Positions 49,512 through 58,088 of a DNA stretch of 64,000 nt are shown piece by piece. How positions within the stretch are numbered: position 1 is the stretch's first letter; the number at the start of each line of letters is the position of its first letter. The DNA comes from Patescibacteria group bacterium. GTDB taxonomy: Bacteria > Patescibacteriota > Minisyncoccia > Phycocordibacterales > Phycocordibacteraceae. A model generated the notes under the pieces. The model was not told where the DNA came from and did not search any database. It saw only the letters and a program-made list of their open reading frames with translations. The stretch lies in contig JAZJYZ010000001.1 of assembly GCA_040390125.1 (NCBI GenBank), forward strand, positions 163,698 to 227,697, written 5' to 3'. The position numbers and the translations under genes were made by a program.

Positions 49512-50276
49512 ATGATTGCAACAGAAAAAGATATTCCGATTCTTCGAGAGGGCGGAAAACATCTCGCAAGTGTGCTTAACGCAGTTGCGAAAGCTACTGT
49601 ACCCGGTGTTTCAACCGACGAGCTCAATACTCTTGCAGAAAAACTAATACGGGACTTTGGGGACACGCCATCGTTAGTCGGATACACGCCTCGAGGAGCT
49701 TCACGTCCATACCCTGCAACTATCTGTATTTCAATAAACGAGGAAGTGGTACACGGCATTCCAAATGAAAACCCGAGCATTATTAAAGAAGGAGACGTTG
49801 TTGGGCTTGATTGTGTCCTCTCGCATGGTGGTCTCTTGGTGGATAGCGCACTCACCGTAATTGCAGGTAAGGGCGACATAGAGGCAAAGGCACTCCTTAA
49901 AGCAACCGAAGAAGCACTTATGGCTGGCATTCGTTCCGCAAAAGGAGGTGCACGCATAGGTGACATTAGTTCCGCCATTGAGGCGGTTGGTGTGAAGTGT
50001 GGATACGGTATTGTTTTTGAACTTGGAGGGCACGGAGTGGGGAATACAGTACATGAAGAGCCGTATGTGCCGAACGTTGGAGACGCTGGCACTGGCACAC
50101 TTTTAACTCCAGGTCTTGTCATTGCTATTGAGCCAATGTTTACGGAAGGTACGCCCCGTGTGAAGCTTTTGAAAGATGGATATACATTCGTGACGACAGA
50201 CGGTTCTCGTGCCGCACACTTTGAGCACACCATCCTCATCACTGAAGGAAAACCTGAAATACTTACGAGACTGTAA
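49512..50276 (+). CDS. map: Methionine aminopeptidase type I
   Basis: Pita-bread fold sequence; operon position. Confidence 0.9.
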   Translation: MIATEKDIPILREGGKHLASVLNAVAKATVPGVSTDELNTLAEKLIRDFGDTPSLVGYTPRGASRPYPATICISINEEVVHGIPNENPSIIKEGDVVGLDCVLSHGGLLVDSALTVIAGKGDIEAKALLKATEEALMAGIRSAKGGARIGDISSAIEAVGVKCGYGIVFELGGHGVGNTVHEEPYVPNVGDAGTGTLLTPGLVIAIEPMFTEGTPRVKLLKDGYTFVTTDGSRAAHFEHTILITEGKPEILTRL

Positions 50277-50331
50277 GGGCACAATTTCCCCAGTTTGCGC
50301 AAGGGAGAGGCTTGCTGGTATAACTGCATCA

Positions 50332-50598
50332 ATGGCATTTGACTCACGTGGTCCGGAAGGATCTCATGACAGAAAACCAATCAAGTCGCTTGTACTTATG
50401 CAGTACCCTCCTCCATTAATATTTCCGATCAAGCCCACTACTCCAGCACGAGAGCAATATTTTGGTTCTGACCAATGTAAGGGTTGTTCTGGATGGGGAG
50501 AGCAATATCAGGGATATACGAATGAAAGAGGGGTGTCTGTGTCTACGTTGTTGCTCCCATGCAAAGTGTGCGGTGGAACGAAGAAAAAGCCAGCCTAA
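50332..50598 (+). CDS. Hypothetical small protein with DnaJ-type zinc-finger motifs CKGCSGWG ... CKVCGGTK (start uncertain; the track ORF begins inside map)
   Basis: CxxCxGxG repeats; occupies the position where infA/rpmJ would be expected. Confidence 0.3.
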   Translation: MAFDSRGPEGSHDRKPIKSLVLMQYPPPLIFPIKPTTPAREQYFGSDQCKGCSGWGEQYQGYTNERGVSVSTLLLPCKVCGGTKKKPA

Positions 50599-50642
50599 AT
50601 ATAATCTTGACAAAATAATTTTCAAAAGGCACAGTAGCTTCC

Positions 50643-50813
50643 ATGACTGTTTTTGGTGCAGAGGCGTTGGATACTACAGAATGTGGGCCTGTGAAGGCGA
50701 GAGAAGTCTGGTGTGTTGCCTGTGAGGCAACTGGAAAATTAAAGGGAGAAGAATGCCCGCATTGTGAGGGAAGGAAAAAAGTGAAAGTTGCTGTTTCATC
50801 GAGAAAGTTTTAA
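50643..50813 (+). CDS. Unlisted 56-aa zinc-ribbon protein MTVFGAEALDTTECGPVKAREVWCVACEATGKLKGEECPHCEGRKKVKVAVSSRKF
   Basis: Manual translation; CxxC-x10-CxxC of the CxxCxG type; below the track cutoff. Confidence 0.35.
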   Translation: MTVFGAEALDTTECGPVKAREVWCVACEATGKLKGEECPHCEGRKKVKVAVSSRKF

Positions 50814-50881
50814 GTGGAGGCATTTGTAGCGTGGTCACTTTGATTGTTGTCTGTTAGCATAAGAAACCCTTTAGGGGTTTT

Positions 50882-51598
50882 ATGAATACAGGAAACATTC
50901 GCTCCAACACTTTTCCCACAAGTGTCACTTTCCCTGAAGTAACTATAGAGCTAGTTCGTACAAGGTTTGAATACGGCGACATCTCCACTTTTATTTTCAA
51001 ATCCGAAGAATCTATTTCTTTTAAAGCAGGTCAGTACGTACACCTCCGTCTTTCAAATGTAGCCTCAGGGCATAAGGCAGTACGTGAGTTTTCCTTCGCC
51101 TCTGTACCAGGAGAAAAGGAAATCTGGTTTTCAGTAAATACTCGTTCCGGCAGTCCATATCAGGTAGCGTTGCGGGCACTCGTGCCTGGCAACAAAGCGT
51201 CTCTCTTCAAGATTAAAGGTGAGATGGTTGTGCCGGAAGACTTGGGTGCACACATAGTGTTAATTGCACACGGCGTCGGTATGGCGCCGTTTCGTGCAAT
51301 TCTTCATGATGCTCATGCCCGAGACCTGAATGTAGATTTCACACTGGTACAAGTAGACAAAGAAAAGTACCTCTATGAAGAGGAGATTAGAGAGTTGTCT
51401 TATGAGCAGCATCGAATTACTCGTGTGCAATTAGGAGAAACACTCGAAGGTGTCATTCAAAAACACCCGGGAGCGTATTTTTTCTTAGCCGGCTCTCTGT
51501 CGTTTGTGGAAAGTATCAAAGGCAAGCTTATCGGGAGAGGTGTGAGTGTTGAAAAAATAAAAACTGACATCTTTAAAGGTCTTACTGATGATTTTTAG
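50882..51598 (+). CDS. FNR-type FAD/NAD(P)-binding oxidoreductase (ferredoxin-reductase-like electron transfer protein)
   Basis: REFSFAS (RxYS-type FAD motif) and HGVGMAPF NAD-binding motif. Confidence 0.7.
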   Translation: MNTGNIRSNTFPTSVTFPEVTIELVRTRFEYGDISTFIFKSEESISFKAGQYVHLRLSNVASGHKAVREFSFASVPGEKEIWFSVNTRSGSPYQVALRALVPGNKASLFKIKGEMVVPEDLGAHIVLIAHGVGMAPFRAILHDAHARDLNVDFTLVQVDKEKYLYEEEIRELSYEQHRITRVQLGETLEGVIQKHPGAYFFLAGSLSFVESIKGKLIGRGVSVEKIKTDIFKGLTDDF

Positions 51599-51683
51599 GA
51601 TTCCATGGCAGGTTCTACGAAAATTTTAAACTTTAAATGGTATGTTAGACTAACGATGTTATTTAAAAATATTTTGGTGTTCT

Positions 51684-51749
51684 ATGGCAAAAGGAAATCA
51701 CTCGCAGAAAAAAGAGATGAAGAAGCCGAAGAAAGATAAGAAGAAGTAA
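51684..51749 (+). CDS. Unlisted 21-aa lysine-rich micro-ORF MAKGNHSQKKEMKKPKKDKKK, followed by a strong terminator
   Basis: Manual translation; terminator aaaaggcaccc gta gggtgcctttt at 51755-51780. Confidence 0.25.
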   Translation: MAKGNHSQKKEMKKPKKDKKK

Positions 51750-51754
51750 GTAGC

Positions 51755-51780
51755 AAAAGGCACCCGTAGGGTGCCTTTTC
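51755..51780 (+). terminator. Rho-independent terminator ggcaccc-gta-gggtgcc then TTTTCTCTTC
   Basis: 7-bp GC stem with a T-run. Confidence 0.6.
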
Positions 51781-51813
51781 TCTTCTCCAATCGGTAGCGT
51801 TACAATATGCACT

Positions 51814-52338
51814 ATGTCGCCTAAAGCGTATTGGAGCTTTTTTGTACTAGCGGTAAGCATGTGTGCCATCGGGGCTTGGATTTTTTTTGAATCTCCGCAT
51901 TCGCCAGCGTCTCAAGTGGCTTCTTGTACTGAGGAGGCAAAAATTTGTCCTGATGGTAGAGCGGTGATGCGTGGGGGGCCCGCATGTGAATTTGCGCCCT
52001 GCTTAGCGCCTGTCTACAACTGGATTGTGAGTGATACAGAAACAAAGAGTCGCTCCGGTGCGCCTCTCATTAACGTGGCGCTTTCCTTGAACGGTAAAGA
52101 ATACCAAGCAGGAACATACGAGGGTGCATGTGCGGAAATTGGCGATGCCGAGTGGCCACTTCTCATTGGCGAAGAAGCAGGAGCGGCTTGTTGGTTTGGA
52201 GCTACCGGCATTGAGCTTGGTGTGTTTGAGGAGCAGGGGCGGTTGGTTTTGAAAAGGGCAGTGCTCAAAGAGGGTACAAATTCCGAAATCGTTCGAGATA
52301 ATTTTGAAACATTGATGAAACTTGGGTCAAATATCTGA
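51814..52338 (+). CDS. Hypothetical membrane-anchored Cys-containing protein
   Basis: N-terminal TM helix; 8 Cys in the predicted extracytoplasmic part. Confidence 0.45.
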   Translation: MSPKAYWSFFVLAVSMCAIGAWIFFESPHSPASQVASCTEEAKICPDGRAVMRGGPACEFAPCLAPVYNWIVSDTETKSRSGAPLINVALSLNGKEYQAGTYEGACAEIGDAEWPLLIGEEAGAACWFGATGIELGVFEEQGRLVLKRAVLKEGTNSEIVRDNFETLMKLGSNI

Positions 52339-52382
52339 TTGCCCGCAGGTGCGTGCGAGCGACACGTTATACTACTTGATAC

Positions 52383-55265
52383 ATGCCAGGATTTAATCCC
52401 AACAAAGGAATCGATACAAAAGCGGCAAAGCTCTCACCTGAGCATCAGCTTACGAAGCTTCGTGAGACTGCACGCTCAGGTGGTGGTGGCAGGGGTCAGC
52501 GAGGAGGTCCGGCATTGCCCGTTGAAACCTCTGTCCTTCCGGCTGTTTCGCAAGCTCTTGATGGCACCGAACAGGAAGAGAAGAGTGGCATCATTCTTGA
52601 ACTCACACCAGACTCAAATGACAAGGACATGGAAGAGCTTTTGGGGATTCTCCACGCTAGAGGATTCAAAGCGGTGATGAAAGAGCTCGACCGCATAGAT
52701 AATCCGCACCTTGAAGACGATTTTCATCGTTTACTTGTTCAATACCGAACGGCAGGGCACTCGATTCCGGGTCTTGATCCTAACGACCCTCTAGCAAAGG
52801 CACTCGATTTTGTACTTTTGGATGTTGCAGTTCCTGAGGCAGCACCGGGAAAACCAGGAGGCTCTTTGAAAGATATCTGTACGCAAATGGAGCAGTTTTA
52901 TTTGAGTATGATTCCGTTTGTTGCCCTGCCGGATACTGTGTTTTTGAAGGATTGGCAAAAACGACGGAGAATTCATCTCCAACATTTCACATTGGAAATC
53001 GCTGTTTCGCACACAAAAGAAGAGGCAGTCTTTTACCTATCAGTGCCTCGTGCGAAACGGGAGACTTTCGAAAAGCAGATTTTTGCGATGTTTCCTCGTG
53101 CGCGTGTCGTTGAAAAGAAGGATGACTACAATATCTTTAACCAGTTTGGTGCAACTGTGGGTGCTTCTGCGTACTATCATCGTCCGCCACCAATCCCCTT
53201 GAAGACCTCTGAGGAGTTTACCCACGATCCTTTGAACGTCACCCTAGCTGCACTATCGAAAATTACAAAAGAAGGGGAGGGAGCTGCAATTCAGATTGCG
53301 GTTGCTCCTGCGGGCGATTATCACTCGAAGCGTATCCGCTATGTGCTCGATGAGCTCAATAAAGGAAAGAGCGGGGCGAACGATGTGTTCCGAAAGAATA
53401 TGTATATGGAGCATTATTCGCCGATGCGTCGATTTTTCCAGAACCTCGGGAAAGGTTTCAAACTATTTCTTGAAAGTTCCGAGGAAAAAAAGAAGGACGA
53501 TAAGCATATTGATGCCTTTGCGACAGAGGCAGTGTCCAAAAAACTGAAGAGCGTTATTGTGGGTGTGAATTTACGCATCGTTGCTTCGGCTCGAACAAAA
53601 GAACGGGCTCATGCGATTCTCACTGAGATCGAAAATACGTTCGGGCAGTACGAAGATGCAAAGGCAAACCGACTTCGCTTTAAGCATTTAAAAAAGAAAG
53701 AACTCCGAGATTTCCTACGTGCATTTATCTTTCGAACGTTCGATCGCCAAGCACACGAGGGCTTTTTCTATCAGCTTTGGCTTGAGTGGACACGCAAAGC
53801 TGCGCCAACGCCTTTAATGCATAAGATTCCTTTGATGCCTATGAACTTGGCAGAACTTTCAACCATTTTTCACCTCACCATTGCTGGTGGTACGGCGTCT
53901 CGTGAAGCGAAGACTGCAAGCGCTAAGCTTGCACCTGCACCACCAGGGCTTCCAGACAAAGGAATTGTCATTGGTAATAATCGCTACTCGAATATTGCAA
54001 CACCCATTCATTTCACGCCGGACGACAGGCTCCGTCACATGTACACCATCGGACAGACCGGTACCGGTAAAACAAACTTCTTGAAGAATATGATTATTCA
54101 AGACATCGAAAATGGGGAAGGAGTGTGCTTCATCGACCCGCACGGCGTGGATGTATTGGAGATACTCTCACGCATTCCGAAAGAACGTTATGACGATCTC
54201 ATTTACTTCGACCCGGCCTATACCGCACGGCCCATGGGCCTCAACATGCTTGAGTATGATCCACGGTTTCCTGAGCAAAAGACATTCGTGGTGGATGAGA
54301 TGTTTAAGATTTTCAAAAAATTGTACGGCGATGTGCCGGAAGCTTTTGGTCCTATCTTCGAGCAGTACTTCCGTAATGCCACCATGCTTGTGCTTGAGGA
54401 CCCTGACACTGGTTCCACGTTGATGGATATTTCACGAGTACTCGCTGACGATGAATTCCGTGCGTTGAAACTTTCTCGTTGCAGAAATCCCGTCGTGACG
54501 CATTTCTGGGAAGACATTGCGGAAAATGTGCGTGGCGAAGGAGACTTGCGTAACGTCGTGCCGTACATCACGTCAAAGTTCGACATCTTCATCGCAAACG
54601 AAATTATGCGTCCAATCATAGGTCAGCAACGTTCCGCCTTCAATTTCAAGGACATCATGGACAATAAGAAGATACTTTTAGTGAACCTCTCCAAGGGTCG
54701 ACTTGGTGATGTGAATGCCAACCTCATTGGTCTTGTGATTGTCGGCAAGATTATGATGACCGCACTTGCACGCACGGAATATCTACATTTGAATCCGCCG
54801 AACTTCTATCTATATATCGACGAATTCCAAAATATCACCACCAACACTATTTCAACGATTCTCTCTGAAGCACGTAAATTCCGTCTCTCTATGACCATGG
54901 CACACCAGTATGTCGCACAGCTTGGCAAAGAAATCAAAGAGGCTGTTTTCGGTAACGTGGGCACCATGGCGGTGTTCCGTGTTGGGCCAGACGATGCTGA
55001 ATATATTTCAAAACAATTTCAGCCAACATTTGAAGTCACTGATTTCCTTAAAATCGATAATTACCATGCATACTTGAAGCTTCTTGCAGGAGGAAAGCCA
55101 GCACCACCGTTTAGTATAGAAACTATTCCATTCCAGCCGGGCGATTTCCTTAACATTGATGCTCTGAAGCAGATTTCATATCAGCGCTATGGACGAGCAC
55201 GAGAAGCGGTTGAAGCTGATATCCGTCAGAAATACGACCAGATGCGGGAAAACCAGAAAGACTAG
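52383..55265 (+). CDS. 960-aa protein. The C-terminal half is a VirD4/TraD/TrwB-like type IV coupling-protein P-loop ATPase; the N-terminal ~450 aa has no recognisable domain
   Basis: Walker A GQTGTGKTN followed by FIDPHG, Walker B YLYIDEFQNI, and an SEARKFRLSMTMAHQ TraD/VirD4-type motif. Confidence 0.7.
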   Translation: MPGFNPNKGIDTKAAKLSPEHQLTKLRETARSGGGGRGQRGGPALPVETSVLPAVSQALDGTEQEEKSGIILELTPDSNDKDMEELLGILHARGFKAVMKELDRIDNPHLEDDFHRLLVQYRTAGHSIPGLDPNDPLAKALDFVLLDVAVPEAAPGKPGGSLKDICTQMEQFYLSMIPFVALPDTVFLKDWQKRRRIHLQHFTLEIAVSHTKEEAVFYLSVPRAKRETFEKQIFAMFPRARVVEKKDDYNIFNQFGATVGASAYYHRPPPIPLKTSEEFTHDPLNVTLAALSKITKEGEGAAIQIAVAPAGDYHSKRIRYVLDELNKGKSGANDVFRKNMYMEHYSPMRRFFQNLGKGFKLFLESSEEKKKDDKHIDAFATEAVSKKLKSVIVGVNLRIVASARTKERAHAILTEIENTFGQYEDAKANRLRFKHLKKKELRDFLRAFIFRTFDRQAHEGFFYQLWLEWTRKAAPTPLMHKIPLMPMNLAELSTIFHLTIAGGTASREAKTASAKLAPAPPGLPDKGIVIGNNRYSNIATPIHFTPDDRLRHMYTIGQTGTGKTNFLKNMIIQDIENGEGVCFIDPHGVDVLEILSRIPKERYDDLIYFDPAYTARPMGLNMLEYDPRFPEQKTFVVDEMFKIFKKLYGDVPEAFGPIFEQYFRNATMLVLEDPDTGSTLMDISRVLADDEFRALKLSRCRNPVVTHFWEDIAENVRGEGDLRNVVPYITSKFDIFIANEIMRPIIGQQRSAFNFKDIMDNKKILLVNLSKGRLGDVNANLIGLVIVGKIMMTALARTEYLHLNPPNFYLYIDEFQNITTNTISTILSEARKFRLSMTMAHQYVAQLGKEIKEAVFGNVGTMAVFRVGPDDAEYISKQFQPTFEVTDFLKIDNYHAYLKLLAGGKPAPPFSIETIPFQPGDFLNIDALKQISYQRYGRAREAVEADIRQKYDQMRENQKD

Positions 55266-55391
55266 GCGACGCTTCGTCGGATCCGTAGGGATCACTTAGT
55301 GTTTATAGAAACTTCTTATAATTTCTGAGCTCGCCCTCCCCTAAACACTAAACGCTAGCCCCTAACCCCTCTTAGTGGTATAGTCGCTTCA

Positions 55392-56003
55392 ATGAATACA
55401 GATGCAAAATTTGAGAATGAGCGCACGCTAGTCATATTGAAGCCTGACGCTGTGCAACGCTCTCTCGTGGGCGAGATAATGAAGCGTATTGAAAGGACGG
55501 GACTAAAGTTTGTGGCCTTCAAGTTTGGTATCGCTACGGAAGATCAACTTGTTCGTCACTACAATAAGGACGAAAAGTGGTTTCTTGAGAAAGGAACTCG
55601 AATATTGAATGACCGAACCACCCATAACTTGCCAATAGAGAAGGATGCGCTTGGGTACGGTAAAGAAATAATAGATTCAATAGTGAAATTCATGACTGCA
55701 GGTCCTGTATTAATGATGGTGATTGAAGGAAATGAGTCAGTAGCCGTTGTGAAGAAGCTTGTGGGTGCCACAGAGCCAAAGACATCGGATGTCGGGACTA
55801 TTCGAGGTGACTACACTGTGGATTCGTATGACCACTCATCGGTACAGAGTCGTGCCGTCAGAAACCTCGTCCACTGCTCTGAATCTCCTGAAGAAGCATC
55901 ACGTGAAATTGCCGTGTGGTTTAAGCCCGAAGAAATTTTGAAATATCGTATCGTTCAGGAGCAGATCCTCTACGATGTGAACCTTGACGGGATAATGGAG
56001 TAG
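55392..56003 (+). CDS. ndk: Nucleoside diphosphate kinase (with an internal insertion)
   Basis: LVILKPDAVQR..., ...NLVHCSESPEEASREIAVWF. Confidence 0.88.
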   Translation: MNTDAKFENERTLVILKPDAVQRSLVGEIMKRIERTGLKFVAFKFGIATEDQLVRHYNKDEKWFLEKGTRILNDRTTHNLPIEKDALGYGKEIIDSIVKFMTAGPVLMMVIEGNESVAVVKKLVGATEPKTSDVGTIRGDYTVDSYDHSSVQSRAVRNLVHCSESPEEASREIAVWFKPEEILKYRIVQEQILYDVNLDGIME

Positions 56004-56041
56004 CTTCCAGCTTCCAGCTTCCAGCTTCCAGAGAAAATTGT

Positions 56042-56350
56042 ATGTTTTTAGGAAGGCAAGATGATGCAGTAACAGTAGCCCCTGAGGTACATTCTGTTGT
56101 ATTTGAGAATGAAAAAATTAGAGTTTTAGATGTTGTTGTTCCTGTGGGTTATAAAAGTGGATTGCATTGGCATCCCCAGAATATGGGATATGTTCTCACT
56201 CCGGGCACTTTGCGGTTCACTTTGCCTGATGGGGCAGTAAAAGATGTAGTGTTGTCTCTGAATCAGGTTACACAAGGGGAAGGTGCACATATCGTTGAAA
56301 ATATAGGCACTGAGACCGTAAGAGTGATGCAAATTGAATTCAAGAATTAA
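56042..56350 (+). CDS. Small cupin-domain protein
   Basis: GLHWHPQN...GEGAHIVEN cupin motifs. Confidence 0.65.
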   Translation: MFLGRQDDAVTVAPEVHSVVFENEKIRVLDVVVPVGYKSGLHWHPQNMGYVLTPGTLRFTLPDGAVKDVVLSLNQVTQGEGAHIVENIGTETVRVMQIEFKN

Positions 56351-56411
56351 AGTTTTTTAAGCTGGAACCTGACAGCTGGCACCTGAAAGCTGAAAGGCAT
56401 GGTACGCTTTT

Positions 56412-56612
56412 AGAGGGGTTAGTGACGGAGTATTAACCTCGTTGAAAAACTTTAGGGAGCTTTACATCGTTATGTGCTGGTGACTCCCTTTGGGGGATTC
56501 CGAAGCCCATTAACTGCGAGCACCCACCTGGAGCTTCGGCTCTAAGGTTAATACTCCGTCAGTGACCCTTTCAAATTCCGCCGTACGAGCAGAGTCTTGT
56601 GGCGGTTTTTTT
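56412..56612 (+). ncRNA. Candidate structured ncRNA (6S-like or regulatory leader). A roughly 23-bp closing helix pairs 56415-56438 with 56545-56567, internal hairpins lie between them, and an intrinsic terminator sits at 56578-56612
   Basis: Long-range complementarity gggttagtgacggagtattaacc / ggttaatactccgtcagtgaccc seen directly; internal gggag...ctccc and gagcttcggctc (UUCG loop) hairpins; T-run. Confidence 0.35.
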
Positions 56613-56655
56613 ATTTTTGCCTAATTACAGACCTGCGTTTGCTACTATAGAGACT

Positions 56656-58032
56656 ATGGAAAAATCTATTTCTATTATGTTTGCACGTGGCGCAAGGCGG
56701 GTCACGGGCTCTAACTTTCTTGTTGAAGCCAAGAGCGGTGACACTACTACACGCATTCTTATTGATTGCGGACTTGCTCAAGGGGAGCGTTTCTGTGAAT
56801 CAACAAACAAGGATACATTTTCCTATGAGCCAGCATCTGTTGATGTTGTGCTGTTTACACATGCACATGCTGACCACATTGGACTATTCCCCAAACTTGT
56901 TAAAGATGGGTTTAAGGGGCGAGCTTTCGCAACAGCTCCTACCAAAGCACTCACTCCCATAATGCTCGAGGACTCCGTAAAGATAATCGCACTCGAAGCA
57001 AAGAGGTGCAACGATGAGCCACCATACGGCACGGAGGACGTGCTTCGGGCAGTAGAGTACATTGATGAAGCGGTCTATGAAAAACCTATCAATCTCGCAC
57101 CTGGCATTACTGCAACGTTCAATAATGCAGGGCACATACTAGGCTCCGCTACGATTCTTCTTGATATCTTTGGAAAGAGAATTCTTTTTACAGGAGATCT
57201 AGGTCGTGTGCCCGCAGCTATTGTTCCAGATAGAGATGTCCCGGAAGGGGTAGAATTTCTCGTGACTGAGAGTGTGTATGGTAATAAGACGCACGGCTCG
57301 CTCCAAGAGAGTGAGGCAGTACTCCTCTCGGCAGTGAGGGGAGTTGTTGCAAACGAAGGAACGCTTTTAATTCCTGCTTTTTCACTTGAGCGCACACAAA
57401 TTATTCTTGCGTCTCTTGATAAGGCAATTACAAGCGGGGCCATCCCGCCAGTTGCTGTATTTATGGATTCTCCTCTCGCCGCAAAAGTGACCGATGTATA
57501 TCGGAAGTATCCAAAATTTCTTCGTGCTGATATCAGAGCACGATTAGAGAGTGGAGATGACCCTTTTTCATTTCCAAGCCTCAAAGTGAGCGTGCATCCG
57601 GATGAATCAGACGCCATTGATCGGCATCCTGGCCCTAAGATAATCATTGCGGGTGCTGGCATGAGTCACGGTGGGCGTATACGGAGGCACGAAGCGAAGT
57701 ATCTACCCCAGAAATCAACCACACTTCTCCTGGCAGGCTATCAAGTGCCGGGAAGTTTAGGGCGAAGACTCAAGGACGGTGCAAAAAGCGTGGATATTGA
57801 TGGTGTACGGGTCGCTGTGCGAGCGTCCATTGCCTCTACTGATGGTTTTTCGGCGCATGCTGATAAAGATGACCTCATGACATTTGCTGAGGCGGTGAGT
57901 CCAAAGCGTGTGTTTGTAGTATTAGGAGAAACTGAAGCTTCGGCATTTTTAGCTCAGCGTATCGCAGGGTTCTTGAACATCCCCGTTGATGTACCGAGGG
58001 AAGGGGAAACATACGAAATCCCTCTTGTTTGA
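56656..58032 (+). CDS. Beta-CASP MBL-fold RNA-metabolising hydrolase (RNase J / CPSF-like)
   Basis: HAHADH motif; about 458 aa; start at ATG 56656 downstream of the terminator. Confidence 0.8.
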   Translation: MEKSISIMFARGARRVTGSNFLVEAKSGDTTTRILIDCGLAQGERFCESTNKDTFSYEPASVDVVLFTHAHADHIGLFPKLVKDGFKGRAFATAPTKALTPIMLEDSVKIIALEAKRCNDEPPYGTEDVLRAVEYIDEAVYEKPINLAPGITATFNNAGHILGSATILLDIFGKRILFTGDLGRVPAAIVPDRDVPEGVEFLVTESVYGNKTHGSLQESEAVLLSAVRGVVANEGTLLIPAFSLERTQIILASLDKAITSGAIPPVAVFMDSPLAAKVTDVYRKYPKFLRADIRARLESGDDPFSFPSLKVSVHPDESDAIDRHPGPKIIIAGAGMSHGGRIRRHEAKYLPQKSTTLLLAGYQVPGSLGRRLKDGAKSVDIDGVRVAVRASIASTDGFSAHADKDDLMTFAEAVSPKRVFVVLGETEASAFLAQRIAGFLNIPVDVPREGETYEIPLV

Positions 58033-58088
58033 CAAAGTAGAGGTTTTTTATAGACTCTCTGTATTAACGTAAAAAATAGTTATTTTCT

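Noticed and set aside
49412-50380. 322-aa minus-strand ORF
   Set aside because: Fully antisense to the well-supported adk and map genes; Ser/Pro/Thr-rich low-complexity translation typical of spurious antisense frames.
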